A stretch of DNA of 64,000 bases, taken from Escherichia phage ph0011. The stretch lies in sequence record OP557969.1; one strand, 5' to 3'. A program made the position numbers and the translations under genes. Below the pieces are notes generated by a model. It was not told where the DNA came from and did no database searches. It worked only from the letters and a program-made list of their open reading frames with translations. Within the stretch, counting starts at the first letter, position 1; every line of letters begins with the position of its first letter. Shown piece after piece: positions 1 through 9,567 of the stretch.

Positions 1-2
1 TG

Positions 3-212
3 CATTTCAAGTACCAAGATGAAGAGGCAGACAATTATCCTTTACCTAATTTAGTACAAATACAGGAAGAGGAATTATTCCAGTACAGTTTAGTATACGA
101 CATTGATATTTGCACGATGCCAGTATTAATTAATATACAAAAAGTGATGCTCGATATGTATGATAAGCTAATACAAGGTATGTCAGGGAGGATCATTGAA
201 ATCGATATATAA
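3..212 (+). CDS. FamA (FQxS) paralog, 5'-truncated by window edge
   Basis: Frame 3 open from window start, stop 210-212; core EEELFQYSLVYD. Confidence 0.6.
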   Translation, partial: HFKYQDEEADNYPLPNLVQIQEEELFQYSLVYDIDICTMPVLINIQKVMLDMYDKLIQGMSGRIIEIDI

Positions 213-408
213 GAATTTACCTAATGCATATATGTTGAAGTACAAAGAGTTTATTAAAGATGTATATGTAGATCCTTTCAATATAAAATTATCAGAGTTC
301 GATGTATTATTTTATCTAGGGACAATAGTACAGGACCAATACGTTAATAATCTAATAAGGTGTTTGAAAAAGGAGATACAATGCAGACCCAAATGTACAA
401 AAAAATAA
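196..408 (+). CDS. small hypothetical protein, FamB (LFYLGT)
   Basis: TTG start 5 nt after GGGAGG; core LSEFDVLFYLGTIVQDQ; paralogs at 381, 11717, 11913. Confidence 0.55.
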   Translation: MKSIYKNLPNAYMLKYKEFIKDVYVDPFNIKLSEFDVLFYLGTIVQDQYVNNLIRCLKKEIQCRPKCTKK

Positions 409-644
409 ACCGTTATTTGTATGCATCAAAGTACAGGGATTTTTGTTTACAAGGAGGTGAGGACGATTTCGGTCTGAGGTTATCGGAATTTAATATGTTA
501 TTTTATCTTGGTACATCCGTACAAGAAGAAATGGTTCAGAAATTTCTCAATAACCTTGTACAAAAAATTAATATTCAAATTATGATGCATAAATTACAGA
601 ATGAGATAAATGAATATGAATCTAGAAATAGTTCAGGATCTTAA
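381..644 (+). CDS. small hypothetical protein, FamB (LFYLGT)
   Basis: ATG 5 nt after AGGAG (track ORF 360..644); core LSEFNMLFYLGTSVQEE. Confidence 0.6.
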   Translation: MQTQMYKKINRYLYASKYRDFCLQGGEDDFGLRLSEFNMLFYLGTSVQEEMVQKFLNNLVQKINIQIMMHKLQNEINEYESRNSSGS

Positions 645-1005
645 AAAAGTAATATTTCTTTTGAATACAAGAAGCTCTTTATATAAGGAGTTCAAAGATA
701 AGGATAGTTCTTTTAAACCAGTATGTATAGAATTCAATGATTTAATTACAGATGCATTGTTTGAATTTTCCGAGAAATATCAAGATACAGTGTTTGGTGT
801 TAGGAATGCTATTCATCCAATTACAGGCACAAGGAAGATAACGTTATCTCATTTTACATTTGACAATAAAGATTTATTCAGTTATAATCCCAGTACATCT
901 TTATATTTTATTCCAAAAGGAGACAAGAATAGTCCGATTCATTACGGATGGATTATATCTTATGTAGTGCAAGGAAAGGAGTATCCTATCAAATGGCACG
1001 ATTAG
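610..1005 (+). CDS. hypothetical protein, possibly decayed FamA member
   Basis: 131-aa ORF; N-terminal helix LEIVQDLKKVIFLL like FamA N-termini; no intact F-Q core. Confidence 0.45.
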   Translation: MNMNLEIVQDLKKVIFLLNTRSSLYKEFKDKDSSFKPVCIEFNDLITDALFEFSEKYQDTVFGVRNAIHPITGTRKITLSHFTFDNKDLFSYNPSTSLYFIPKGDKNSPIHYGWIISYVVQGKEYPIKWHD

Positions 1006-1145
1006 GACAGGAAGATTATAGTTTAAATATATTATTAAGAAATATTAATGCGGATTATTGTGTATGGGTTAAGAATCGAGACATGATGTATTATGATTTT
1101 TATTTAGATTATGCCATCAAACGCTTTTTAAGAGAAGAATATTAA
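948..1145 (+). pseudogene. possible frameshifted 3' part of 610..1005
   Basis: Overlaps upstream ORF by 58 nt in another frame; QEDYSLNILL resembles a FamA core lacking F-Q. Confidence 0.3.
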
Positions 1146-1321
1146 TGAAAGTGGTTAATACAAAAGCAATAAATGATTTAAATGATTCTTTATTAGTAAG
1201 TATTAAGTTGTATTATAATATTCATTTAAAGGGTGGTATTAACGATTTTAGTTATTACTTAAGTGCAATATCACAAGAGCATTTAAATTATCAAGATCAT
1301 TTATTACATCCAAATCATTAA
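1145..1321 (+). CDS. small hypothetical protein (58 aa)
   Basis: Hand-translated ORF below track cutoff; TAATG overlap with upstream stop; fills gap before 1330. Confidence 0.3.
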   Translation: MKVVNTKAINDLNDSLLVSIKLYYNIHLKGGINDFSYYLSAISQEHLNYQDHLLHPNH

Positions 1322-1329
1322 GGCAAATT

Positions 1330-1890
1330 ATGAATGAGATAGAGTTATTATCACACAAGATTAGTACAATAGCTACAGTACTGAACAACAAAAATAAAGT
1401 ACATAGTTCCTTTTTAAGAATTAATAAAGTTGGTAGTAGTTTATATTTGGAAGTAAAAGCGGGTTTTGCAGGACAGTACAATGATAAAATCAAAGAAGAA
1501 GTTAAGGGAAATGAAGATGCTTTCATTGAGGTTTGTGCAACAGTTGGTTCAAATCCAATTTCAGTATCACCGTTAATGCGAAATGAAAATTCAGAATTTG
1601 ATTCCAGTTTCGAAGGTTATTTGTGGTACAATTATGGTGATAATTATTTTATATATCAGAATTCCAAAACGAATTATAGTGAAGAAGGTATAAAATTCAT
1701 TGATCCTTACAATGAAGCAGAAGTATTTCAGAAATCCCTAATATACAATACAAATCAAATGAAGTATCTTATGTTGTTTAGTACAATGCATTTGAATCCA
1801 TTGAAAGATAATTTAAAATTTTTCATTCGTTTAGAATTAGTTGATATTACTTATGATCTTTTAATCCAAGGAAGTAGTTATGAAGTATAA
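1330..1890 (+). CDS. FamA (FQxS) paralog
   Basis: 186-aa ORF; core EAEVFQKSLIYNTN. Confidence 0.75.
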   Translation: MNEIELLSHKISTIATVLNNKNKVHSSFLRINKVGSSLYLEVKAGFAGQYNDKIKEEVKGNEDAFIEVCATVGSNPISVSPLMRNENSEFDSSFEGYLWYNYGDNYFIYQNSKTNYSEEGIKFIDPYNEAEVFQKSLIYNTNQMKYLMLFSTMHLNPLKDNLKFFIRLELVDITYDLLIQGSSYEV

Positions 1891-2194
1891 AATGATGTAT
1901 ACACCATCATTAGTATATGTAGAATTAGAATCAAATGATAATGGGTGGAATTTCATTAAACATATCGATACCAATACATGGTACATGGCTCACTTGGATA
2001 ATAATGTGGTATCAGACCATTTTATGGATTTCAATATCTTAGATGAAGATGAATTTTTCCAAATGCAATTGGTGCTTGACACAAATGGTTTTGATATGGT
2101 ATTATTAAAGAATATACAGAAAGCTGTTGATGAATTAATAGCTGAACATAATTTGAGCGAAATAAGGATTAGTTATGACCTCGAAGTACTGTGA
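1880..2194 (+). CDS. FamA (FQxS) paralog, short variant
   Basis: 104-aa ORF; core EDEFFQMQLVLDTN. Confidence 0.7.
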   Translation: MKYKMMYTPSLVYVELESNDNGWNFIKHIDTNTWYMAHLDNNVVSDHFMDFNILDEDEFFQMQLVLDTNGFDMVLLKNIQKAVDELIAEHNLSEIRISYDLEVL

Positions 2195-2525
2195 GTTTGA
2201 AATTAATAAGTTAAGAGAATGGTTTTATAATATTGAAATTGAGGCCATTCCTTATCATACATATGAACAAAGTGATTTACAATGTATTGATATTAGGGAG
2301 TTGTACAAATATTATCAAAGTGCGTTAGAGATGCATAAATTATTTTTGAGTACGGATTTCTTTATGCAGTATAATTTTGAGGAATATAATAATTATAACT
2401 TAGTACAGAAATACGTAGTAGCAAAGTACATGTACATTCAAGGTATTAAAGGTTGTATTGAATTCAATACTGTTCTTGCTTTAGTTGAGGTAATTTTATG
2501 TACAGCATGTGCATATCTAATTTAG
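2175..2525 (+). CDS. hypothetical protein
   Basis: 116-aa ORF in gene chain; only weak FamA-like bits (YQSALEMHKLF, DFFMQYNF). Confidence 0.5.
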   Translation: MTSKYCEFEINKLREWFYNIEIEAIPYHTYEQSDLQCIDIRELYKYYQSALEMHKLFLSTDFFMQYNFEEYNNYNLVQKYVVAKYMYIQGIKGCIEFNTVLALVEVILCTACAYLI

Positions 2526-3016
2526 AGTTTAGTTTAGATGCAGCCTTTAAATTTGCACATAAGATAGAAACAATATATAGTTTTTTTAGTGAAGTTTATG
2601 AAGTTTGTGCTAAACGATATATCGATACAATAGACATTAGCAATAAGTTCGATGTATGGCACAAAACAATCCAAAGCAAAAAGCAGTGTGCAGCAGTTTT
2701 TAGTGTTTTATCATTTAATCCCAGCAATTGTTACCCAGAGAAGCATGAACGTTATCCCAATGACGACATGTGGTTTGTGTACAAAGAAGATGCTGATATG
2801 TCGTCATTTGAAGTTCCTGATAATTTTGATATCAGTGATTTAACAGAAGAGTGGTGGTTCCAGCAGAATTTAGTACATGATGATATTGATTTATTTTTCT
2901 ATATCGTGTTCAAAATACTTTATCACAACAATATAGTTAAAGATAGTGTATCGTTTTCATGTCTATATATTGATGAGTTGTTCGAAGATATCAAAAATCT
3001 CAAGCCTGTATCGTAA
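2498..3016 (+). CDS. FamA (FQxS) paralog
   Basis: GAGG RBS; N-term FSLDAAFKFAHKI; core TEEWWFQQNLVHDD. Confidence 0.75.
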   Translation: MYSMCISNLEFSLDAAFKFAHKIETIYSFFSEVYEVCAKRYIDTIDISNKFDVWHKTIQSKKQCAAVFSVLSFNPSNCYPEKHERYPNDDMWFVYKEDADMSSFEVPDNFDISDLTEEWWFQQNLVHDDIDLFFYIVFKILYHNNIVKDSVSFSCLYIDELFEDIKNLKPVS

Positions 3017-3031
3017 GATATGGGCTTTTTT
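3002..3031 (+). terminator. weak hairpin + T-run
   Basis: aagcc(3002-3006)/ggctt(3023-3027), large loop, then tttttt. Confidence 0.4.
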
Positions 3032-3033
3032 GT

Positions 3034-3062
3034 TTGACTCAAGTACAAATGAATGGTACAAT
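3034..3062 (+). promoter_or_regulatory. sigma70-type promoter
   Basis: TTGACT - 17 nt - TACAAT, 25 nt upstream of the 3088 start. Confidence 0.55.
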
Positions 3063-3087
3063 GTGAAATCATTTTAAGGAGAACCCT

Positions 3088-3636
3088 ATGGAAAATTTTC
3101 AAATACCACAAGATTACGATACAGCGAAAGAGATGGTACACAAGGTTCATTACATTTTTAATGAATTAATTATTGCAAATTCATCCTGTATGCAAATTGA
3201 GTTAAAGGGTATTAATAGTGAAGAAGTTTTTTTGGCTTCTCCAAGTTCAATTATTCCGTTGTATGGTATGGACCGTTTATGGTTCATGAGAGATGCACCA
3301 ATTGACAGGTACAAAATACAAAAAAAATCAGAGAATGATTTTCTTTATGATTATTTTAATATTTCATTACAAGCACACGATATAAGTACAATGAGTGCAG
3401 AGGAATATTTTCAGCACAGTACAGTGTATAGTCCAGAAGAAATCTTTGTTGTTATGCTTGTTGCAAAATTGAGTACTGTTGATTTTGGGACGTACCCAAA
3501 TAAATCATTCAAGATTATTATTCCTGCATTTGTTGATCTTTATGATTTCATTGTGCACAAGAAAGAAAGTACAGTGTACGATATGCAGCGTTCAAATATC
3601 AGTTTAATTGCAGTAAGTGCAGGGGAATTAAAATGA
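3088..3636 (+). CDS. FamA (FQxS) paralog
   Basis: AAGGAGA RBS; core SAEEYFQHSTVYSPEE. Confidence 0.8.
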   Translation: MENFQIPQDYDTAKEMVHKVHYIFNELIIANSSCMQIELKGINSEEVFLASPSSIIPLYGMDRLWFMRDAPIDRYKIQKKSENDFLYDYFNISLQAHDISTMSAEEYFQHSTVYSPEEIFVVMLVAKLSTVDFGTYPNKSFKIIIPAFVDLYDFIVHKKESTVYDMQRSNISLIAVSAGELK

Positions 3637-4241
3637 ACATAGACCAATTAATGAAGTACAGTAAAAGTACAGTTCCAGTACTAAGTAAAGTGTTAGATGC
3701 CTTCACTGCTAAGTACCCTGAAGGTTCAGAGTTAAATATTCCTTTTACTACACCAGGGATTGATGATACTTACATGGTACACATTGGTAGTTCAGGTATT
3801 GTTTTGAAGCAAAAGTACAGTGATAGTGAATATTATGGTTTGAAACTGGATAAAATTTCAGGAGAGAAGACACCTTTTGAGTTTTGGATTCCGAATAGTA
3901 TTGAATCATGGAATACACATATTAATAAGAGAGACGAAGGTAATATTTCTCTTGTAAATTATAAGGAAAAAAGATTTGACGTATTTTATTATTACAGTAC
4001 AGATACGTTTCCAGAAGAGATTTATTTAAATTCAGAGATGTATGAAGATATTGAATCATTTTTCTTTCAGTTATCATTGGTACATGATATCATGCCATTG
4101 CAAGCGTTCAGGGATGAAATAAATTTAGCGAAAGAGATTTCGGATATGTTACCTGAATTTAGTGTTCTTTATGGTAGTAGAGCTTTACCTGAAAATGTGT
4201 ATATAGAATTTATTTCTTGTGTTCAAGGATTGAATATATAA
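3633..4241 (+). CDS. FamA (FQxS) paralog
   Basis: ATGA overlap; core IESFFFQLSLVHD. Confidence 0.75.
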   Translation: MNIDQLMKYSKSTVPVLSKVLDAFTAKYPEGSELNIPFTTPGIDDTYMVHIGSSGIVLKQKYSDSEYYGLKLDKISGEKTPFEFWIPNSIESWNTHINKRDEGNISLVNYKEKRFDVFYYYSTDTFPEEIYLNSEMYEDIESFFFQLSLVHDIMPLQAFRDEINLAKEISDMLPEFSVLYGSRALPENVYIEFISCVQGLNI

Positions 4242-4242
4242 T

Positions 4243-4437
4243 ATGAACGAAGATGATATCAAAAAAAGGCATACGAAGTTTGAACTGCTCCCTGACGAAA
4301 TCCACATTGATATAGTTAATTTTAACATCAAAGCGTCCTTGCATCCTATATCACAAGATGATTTTGACAACAGAGTGCTTAACATAGTGGTGATTTTGTG
4401 CTATAATCATTTCAGTGAATATTTTAACAAAAGATGA
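4243..4437 (+). CDS. small hypothetical protein
   Basis: 64-aa ORF fitting exactly between neighbours. Confidence 0.45.
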   Translation: MNEDDIKKRHTKFELLPDEIHIDIVNFNIKASLHPISQDDFDNRVLNIVVILCYNHFSEYFNKR

Positions 4438-4444
4438 GGTACAT

Positions 4445-4966
4445 ATGTATCAGCACACGTACAATACATCATATGAGTATGGGTACAGCATTTTGAAGAT
4501 TATCAAAGCGTTAGAGGGTGGATTGCTTAGTCATAAGTACACCAGAGTAGGTGACAATTGGTTCAGAAATGATGATGATGAGTTCAGAAGTCATAAAATC
4601 GTTTACAGTAATAATTACAGTGCTAATTATCTTCAGGATGTGGTTATGTGCTTTGAATACGTGTTACAGTTCAGGGGTTCCATCAGACCAGAGTTAAGAG
4701 AACACATGTACATTCGATACCTACCAATGCTTGAGGATGAGAAATCAATATTCAATTCAGTACACCACAGAGTACGAGATAGAACATTCAGGAATATTTT
4801 GGAAGATGAAGCTGCCTATTTTCAGCGATCATTGATTGATGCTCCTGATGTGTTACAGATGCAGAATTTGTATAATGTATTAGATGCGAACATCGATACT
4901 GATATCTTTTTTTCCTTAAGTGATTATGAAACATGTTTGGAAGATTTAAAGGAAATAGGATTATGA
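4445..4966 (+). CDS. FamA (FQxS) paralog
   Basis: ATG after GAGGT (track ORF 4415..); core DEAAYFQRSLIDAPD. Confidence 0.75.
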   Translation: MYQHTYNTSYEYGYSILKIIKALEGGLLSHKYTRVGDNWFRNDDDEFRSHKIVYSNNYSANYLQDVVMCFEYVLQFRGSIRPELREHMYIRYLPMLEDEKSIFNSVHHRVRDRTFRNILEDEAAYFQRSLIDAPDVLQMQNLYNVLDANIDTDIFFSLSDYETCLEDLKEIGL

Positions 4967-5307
4967 GTGGATTTACAGTATATATAGTAAACGTCAGTAC
5001 AGATGGTAGTTTAATTGAATTTGATGTAGTTGATGACGATGATAATGCATATGGTATTAAGGTGCAAGACAATGTTGTGCAGTTCAGTACAAGAACAAAT
5101 TACGAAAATCCAGTTCCTGTTCCTAATTTCATAGAAGACGAAGCTGTACGATTCCAATACGAAACTGCCTTTGACAATATAGCGATGCATATTATTATGC
5201 AACACAGTTTAGTTCAATTAGTTCCTTTATTTAGACAAAATGTATATGTACATGAATTGTCGATTAATAACGTTCAAAGTTCCGTTTTGTTCGGCACAAA
5301 TATGTAA
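4963..5307 (+). CDS. FamA (FQxS) paralog, variant
   Basis: ATGA overlap (track ORF 4933..); core EDEAVRFQYETAFD. Confidence 0.65.
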   Translation: MSGFTVYIVNVSTDGSLIEFDVVDDDDNAYGIKVQDNVVQFSTRTNYENPVPVPNFIEDEAVRFQYETAFDNIAMHIIMQHSLVQLVPLFRQNVYVHELSINNVQSSVLFGTNM

Positions 5308-5316
5308 GGAAGGATA

Positions 5317-5859
5317 ATGAGTTTATTAGATACCATAGAAAAAGACAGAAGTGCCATTAAGAGATTAAAAAATCTGGTTCTGTGTATTGTGAACAACGTT
5401 GAAAAGTTTGAAGTCCAAGGAAGAATTGGTGATATTTCACATACAGGAATAAAATCCCTGAAGTCAGATTTATTAATTCATAAGGAAGATAAATTATTAT
5501 TTGTATTGAGTTCAGATTTATTGGTTGCAAGTAATGGTTTCAATTCGGTATCAACACAAGATGGTAGTACTGGATTATATCTATCACAGGGTGTACAGAC
5601 GAATGAACATAAGTGTTTTAGTTCAAGAGTACAGAATCCCTTTAAGTTTAATACAGAACAAGCTACAGAGCTTTTTGAGGCTTCAGAAGAGATGTTATTT
5701 CAGTACAAAATGGTCTATACAGATTTTGAAATACGATGCCTATACGCTGTTAAGCATTATGTACAAGAGTTCGAAGATTTAAATTATCTTTTAGTTCGAA
5801 CGAATACGAAGAACATTGACATATTAGAAGATTACATTTCAACAGTTGTTAGTGTGTAA
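5317..5859 (+). CDS. FamA (FQxS) paralog
   Basis: AAGGAAGG RBS; core SEEMLFQYKMVYTD. Confidence 0.75.
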   Translation: MSLLDTIEKDRSAIKRLKNLVLCIVNNVEKFEVQGRIGDISHTGIKSLKSDLLIHKEDKLLFVLSSDLLVASNGFNSVSTQDGSTGLYLSQGVQTNEHKCFSSRVQNPFKFNTEQATELFEASEEMLFQYKMVYTDFEIRCLYAVKHYVQEFEDLNYLLVRTNTKNIDILEDYISTVVSV

Positions 5860-5863
5860 TGGG

Positions 5864-6034
5864 ATGTTGCTTATGAAGGAGTTATTTGATGAACAGTTCA
5901 ATGTATTAATGGATAATATTCTTTTTTATAGCCTTGGTAGTAAACGAGGAAATCGTGCTTACAATATAGATTACATATTAACTGTGTTGAGTTCACAGTA
6001 CACATATGCTGTGCAGAGGACATATTATGAATAG
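5864..6034 (+). CDS. small hypothetical protein
   Basis: Track ORF 5846..6034 trimmed to first ATG after upstream stop. Confidence 0.35.
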   Translation: MLLMKELFDEQFNVLMDNILFYSLGSKRGNRAYNIDYILTVLSSQYTYAVQRTYYE

Positions 6035-6212
6035 TTATAGTGGTGTTGCTAAGGAGAAGTTAAATTGTAGTTTAGATTTTGGCTTAAATGATTTTCTTAC
6101 GTGCACAATGTTCAGGAATGATGATTATGAACAATCCGTAATTTCGTTGTATAGATATTTTGAAATAATTTACACAAGATACCTTAGAAGGTTAGAGGGA
6201 TTGGAATTATGA
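6027..6212 (+). CDS. small hypothetical protein
   Basis: Track ORF 6006..6212; ATG after AGAGGA. Confidence 0.4.
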   Translation: MNSYSGVAKEKLNCSLDFGLNDFLTCTMFRNDDYEQSVISLYRYFEIIYTRYLRRLEGLEL

Positions 6213-6427
6213 TTTATGAACAAAAAGTACCAAGTGGTTATAGTGTTGATGGTTTTGAATTCATGATGGATTTGGTTTTAAAGAATACATTAGTAGTACA
6301 CCGTGCATTACCGGACCATGTAGATAGTGCGGTTCAACGAATAATGAATGTATACGAGATGACGAGTCGAAAGCTTTGTGCAATGAAAAGGATTGAAGAA
6401 ATCAAGCGTTCTAGGATGAATAATTAG
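6209..6427 (+). CDS. small hypothetical protein
   Basis: ATGA overlap with upstream ORF; 72 aa. Confidence 0.5.
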   Translation: MIYEQKVPSGYSVDGFEFMMDLVLKNTLVVHRALPDHVDSAVQRIMNVYEMTSRKLCAMKRIEEIKRSRMNN

Positions 6428-6567
6428 AGACGTTTCGTATGATGTATTCAAACGTACAATAAAACAATACTATATAACTTTTTATAATTGATATTTTTTA
6501 AAAAATACACAATCACAACGTGCTCCTTTTATTGGAATTTACCTTATTAATTATAGTTGAGGGGAAG

Positions 6568-6945
6568 ATGGAAATGAAATATAAAGATTTTCATATAGGG
6601 ACATGGATGTACACTGGTGAGTTTATTACGTGCTGTAATTTATACAAGCGTGATTTAAACTACTCAAGGGAGAAGGTTATAAAGTTCGCAGATTCACAAT
6701 TTTATTTTATGGAGTTAAGTACTGGAATTCGTGTTAAATCAACCGTTATGCTGGATTATACAGTTCTGGATGAGGCACAATTATTTCAGGAGTCATTAGT
6801 ATTTGATAAGAAGTACAACTGTACATTAGAAGAGATAGTTGAAATCCAGCGTAGGATCAAATTTATTCACAAGGATTGTATCGATAAATGGTGTAAAACT
6901 GGTGAAACTAATTTTAGTAATTATTTCAATCTAGGGGAAGAGTGA
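6568..6945 (+). CDS. FamA paralog, short FDKKY subclass
   Basis: ATG after GAGGGGA (track 6520..); CCNL.K.D; core DEAQLFQESLVFDKKY. Confidence 0.8.
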   Translation: MEMKYKDFHIGTWMYTGEFITCCNLYKRDLNYSREKVIKFADSQFYFMELSTGIRVKSTVMLDYTVLDEAQLFQESLVFDKKYNCTLEEIVEIQRRIKFIHKDCIDKWCKTGETNFSNYFNLGEE

Positions 6946-7301
6946 TGGAATTTGATTTTGTAATATCAGTACATTCTTTCAAGAATAGTTTTCAGTACTT
7001 TTGTAATTTAAACAAAGGTGATTTAATGCACAGTGCAAATGAGTATATTCATTACACTGCTGGTAAATTTACATTTATTGATTACGATTCATTACAGTAT
7101 CCACATCAGGATATGCCGGACTTTACATTAATGGATGAGGCCGAACTATTCCAAGCTGCATTAGTATTCGATAAGAAGTACTTGTGTACACTAGAAGAAG
7201 TAATTGCCATACAAAATGAAATAAAAGAGTATGCTGCTTTGAATAAATCCAATGTAAGTATTAATCAAGAATACAAATTCAATATAGGAATTACAGAATG
7301 A
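6945..7301 (+). CDS. FamA paralog, short FDKKY subclass
   Basis: TGATG overlap; core DEAELFQAALVFDKKYLCTLEEV. Confidence 0.8.
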   Translation: MEFDFVISVHSFKNSFQYFCNLNKGDLMHSANEYIHYTAGKFTFIDYDSLQYPHQDMPDFTLMDEAELFQAALVFDKKYLCTLEEVIAIQNEIKEYAALNKSNVSINQEYKFNIGITE

Positions 7302-7663
7302 CATTTGATTATTCGATATACGTTTGCAAGTCCAGAACGGGGTGGGATTTGTGCTGTAATCTTGTCAAGGGTGACTCGGAACATGAGTTGAGTTTATATA
7401 TTCAGTACTCGGATTTGTGTTTTAATTTTATTGATGTATTGTATGATGACTTCGACTATAACTCTGAAAGTATTACAGATTATACAGTACTGGATGATGC
7501 TGAACTATTTCAAGCTTCTTTGGTGTTTGACAAGAATAAGTACTCATGTACAATAGAAGATATGATTTTTATACAAAATGAAATGAAGAGATATGTCAAA
7601 GAAAACACCTTTGATACATCTACACCAACAACAAGTAATTATTATTTCAATACAGGTGAGTAA
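7298..7663 (+). CDS. FamA paralog, short FDKKY subclass
   Basis: ATGA overlap; core DDAELFQASLVFDKNKY. Confidence 0.8.
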   Translation: MTFDYSIYVCKSRTGWDLCCNLVKGDSEHELSLYIQYSDLCFNFIDVLYDDFDYNSESITDYTVLDDAELFQASLVFDKNKYSCTIEDMIFIQNEMKRYVKENTFDTSTPTTSNYYFNTGE

Positions 7664-7664
7664 T

Positions 7665-8006
7665 ATGGAATATGATTTTTCTATTTATATGCCTATAATT
7701 AGTTCACAAGATGTGTATTGTAATCTTAATAAAGGTGATTACGAACACAAAATGGATCAGTACATTAAATTTAATGGTGCGTACTTTAGCTTCATTGATT
7801 ATCAGGCCAAAGGATCAGTTGTAGAAAATATGAAAGACTATACAACAGTACATGGTGAGGCTGAAATATTTCAAGAGTCATTAATATTCGACAAGAAGTA
7901 CTTGTGTACTCTAGAGGAAGTAATTGAACTCCAACAGAAGATGAAAGAATATAGAAGAATCTACACAGAGACTGGTTCCAAAGATAGGTATCGTTTTAAG
8001 CTATGA
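7665..8006 (+). CDS. FamA paralog, short FDKKY subclass
   Basis: ATG after AGGTGAG (track 7593..); core GEAEIFQESLIFDKKYLCTLEEV. Confidence 0.8.
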   Translation: MEYDFSIYMPIISSQDVYCNLNKGDYEHKMDQYIKFNGAYFSFIDYQAKGSVVENMKDYTTVHGEAEIFQESLIFDKKYLCTLEEVIELQQKMKEYRRIYTETGSKDRYRFKL

Positions 8007-8188
8007 ATAAAAAAGAACAAATGGAATCATTCATGAATACAATACTTCGACGATTCGTAATTGATATTAGACATAACAACATTACCAGGAATGACATGTG
8101 CTTCGGTACATATAATATTAGTGAATTGTATATAGCTAATATTCACATGGTGTACCGAGATTATATCCAGACACTACACGGGAGTTGA
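8003..8188 (+). CDS. small hypothetical protein
   Basis: ATGA overlap; 61 aa. Confidence 0.45.
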   Translation: MNKKEQMESFMNTILRRFVIDIRHNNITRNDMCFGTYNISELYIANIHMVYRDYIQTLHGS

Positions 8189-8189
8189 T

Positions 8190-8660
8190 ATGAGTTTTGA
8201 AAGAGCATTAGAAATTGCTAAGTTAATTGATGTATGTAAAAAAGAAATAGTGCTCAACAGACTCAATGGGTATCTATTCAAGGAAGGTAAATCTTATTGC
8301 CGAATGATATACGATGACAGTAGTGAATATATTCACATGTATGAAGAAAATCTTGATGAATCTGAAACAACACTCACTGGGTGTGATGTTAATCTGGAAG
8401 ATAATTACATGTACTTCTGTCGTGATGCTGATATTTTAATACAAGAAACATCATATCAAACTGGGAATCCAGAGGTATATCTTCCATATTCAGTACTGGA
8501 TAATGACTGGGGAAGTGAAGAGTTCTACTTCCAGCAGAATACTATCTACGATGAAGATGTACTTGACAAGCTTGTCATTCTGTGGTACTTTAAGAACACT
8601 GATACTCCTAACTTCTATATAGATTTGGATCTACTAAGAGTTATTAATGAGGATATATGA
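8190..8660 (+). CDS. FamA paralog, ~150-aa SALE/WYFK subclass
   Basis: N-term MSFERALEIAKLI; core SEEFYFQQNTIYDEDVLD; WYFK. Confidence 0.8.
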   Translation: MSFERALEIAKLIDVCKKEIVLNRLNGYLFKEGKSYCRMIYDDSSEYIHMYEENLDESETTLTGCDVNLEDNYMYFCRDADILIQETSYQTGNPEVYLPYSVLDNDWGSEEFYFQQNTIYDEDVLDKLVILWYFKNTDTPNFYIDLDLLRVINEDI

Positions 8661-9097
8661 GTTTAGTAAGTGCACTTGAACTGGCACACAAAATACACAA
8701 CTTCCATGATAAAATAAAAAGTGGGTTTTATGGTGATAACGTAAGTGAATTTGGTAATGAGTATTATCTATCAAGTTCAAATACATACGCTGATGATATT
8801 TTACTTATGGGTCATGATAAAGACAATACTATACAGTACTCTTCATGTAGTCAATATGCTAGTTTTATGGTATATATTCCAGGAACTAAGATTACTTTTG
8901 ACACATCAAATACACCTGTTGACTTCGGGGTACTTGATGGTCCATGGGGTACTGAAGAGTATTACTTCCAACAGAGTCTTATTTTTAGCCAAGAGATGCT
9001 TGATACCTTGGTTGTGTTGTGGTACTTTAAAGAATTGAATTTTGAACCATTCTTTCTTGACTGGGGAGCATGTGAGTATTTAAGTTCAGGAGAATAA
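8657..9097 (+). CDS. FamA paralog, ~150-aa SALE/WYFK subclass
   Basis: ATGA overlap; MSLVSALELAHKI; TEEYYFQQSLIFSQEMLD; WYFK. Confidence 0.8.
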   Translation: MSLVSALELAHKIHNFHDKIKSGFYGDNVSEFGNEYYLSSSNTYADDILLMGHDKDNTIQYSSCSQYASFMVYIPGTKITFDTSNTPVDFGVLDGPWGTEEYYFQQSLIFSQEMLDTLVVLWYFKELNFEPFFLDWGACEYLSSGE

Positions 9098-9099
9098 TA

Positions 9100-9567
9100 A
9101 TGTCATTGCGAAGTGCATTGAAAGAAGCAAAGAAGATCCATAATTACATGATTATGGTACAAGAAGGTTCCGTGCCTGGTGTATATAAAACATCTGATAC
9201 TGAATTTTTCGTAAAAGATCGAGATGATTATGATGAGTCAGAGATATGTGCAGAAACGTTAGTACTGCACATTGATACGGATGATACTGATGACTGTGAA
9301 TATCAGATGCACAATCAATACCTTAGTTATTATAGGGATGAAGATATTATAATTTACACTCCTGATTACGATGATGATAACATAATCATTCCGTATTCAG
9401 TTCTGGAAGGTCCATGGGATAGTGAAGAATATTATTTCCAGCAAAGTACTGTGTATAATGAAGATGTTTTAGATGTTATTGTAATTATGTGGTACTTTAA
9501 AAGTATTGATTCTGACAGTTTCTATTTCGATTATGAATACGTAGAGAATACTGTAGGGGGAAGATAA
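9100..9567 (+). CDS. FamA paralog, ~150-aa SALE/WYFK subclass
   Basis: MSLRSALKEAKKI; SEEYYFQQSTVYNEDVLD; WYFKSID. Confidence 0.8.
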   Translation: MSLRSALKEAKKIHNYMIMVQEGSVPGVYKTSDTEFFVKDRDDYDESEICAETLVLHIDTDDTDDCEYQMHNQYLSYYRDEDIIIYTPDYDDDNIIIPYSVLEGPWDSEEYYFQQSTVYNEDVLDVIVIMWYFKSIDSDSFYFDYEYVENTVGGR

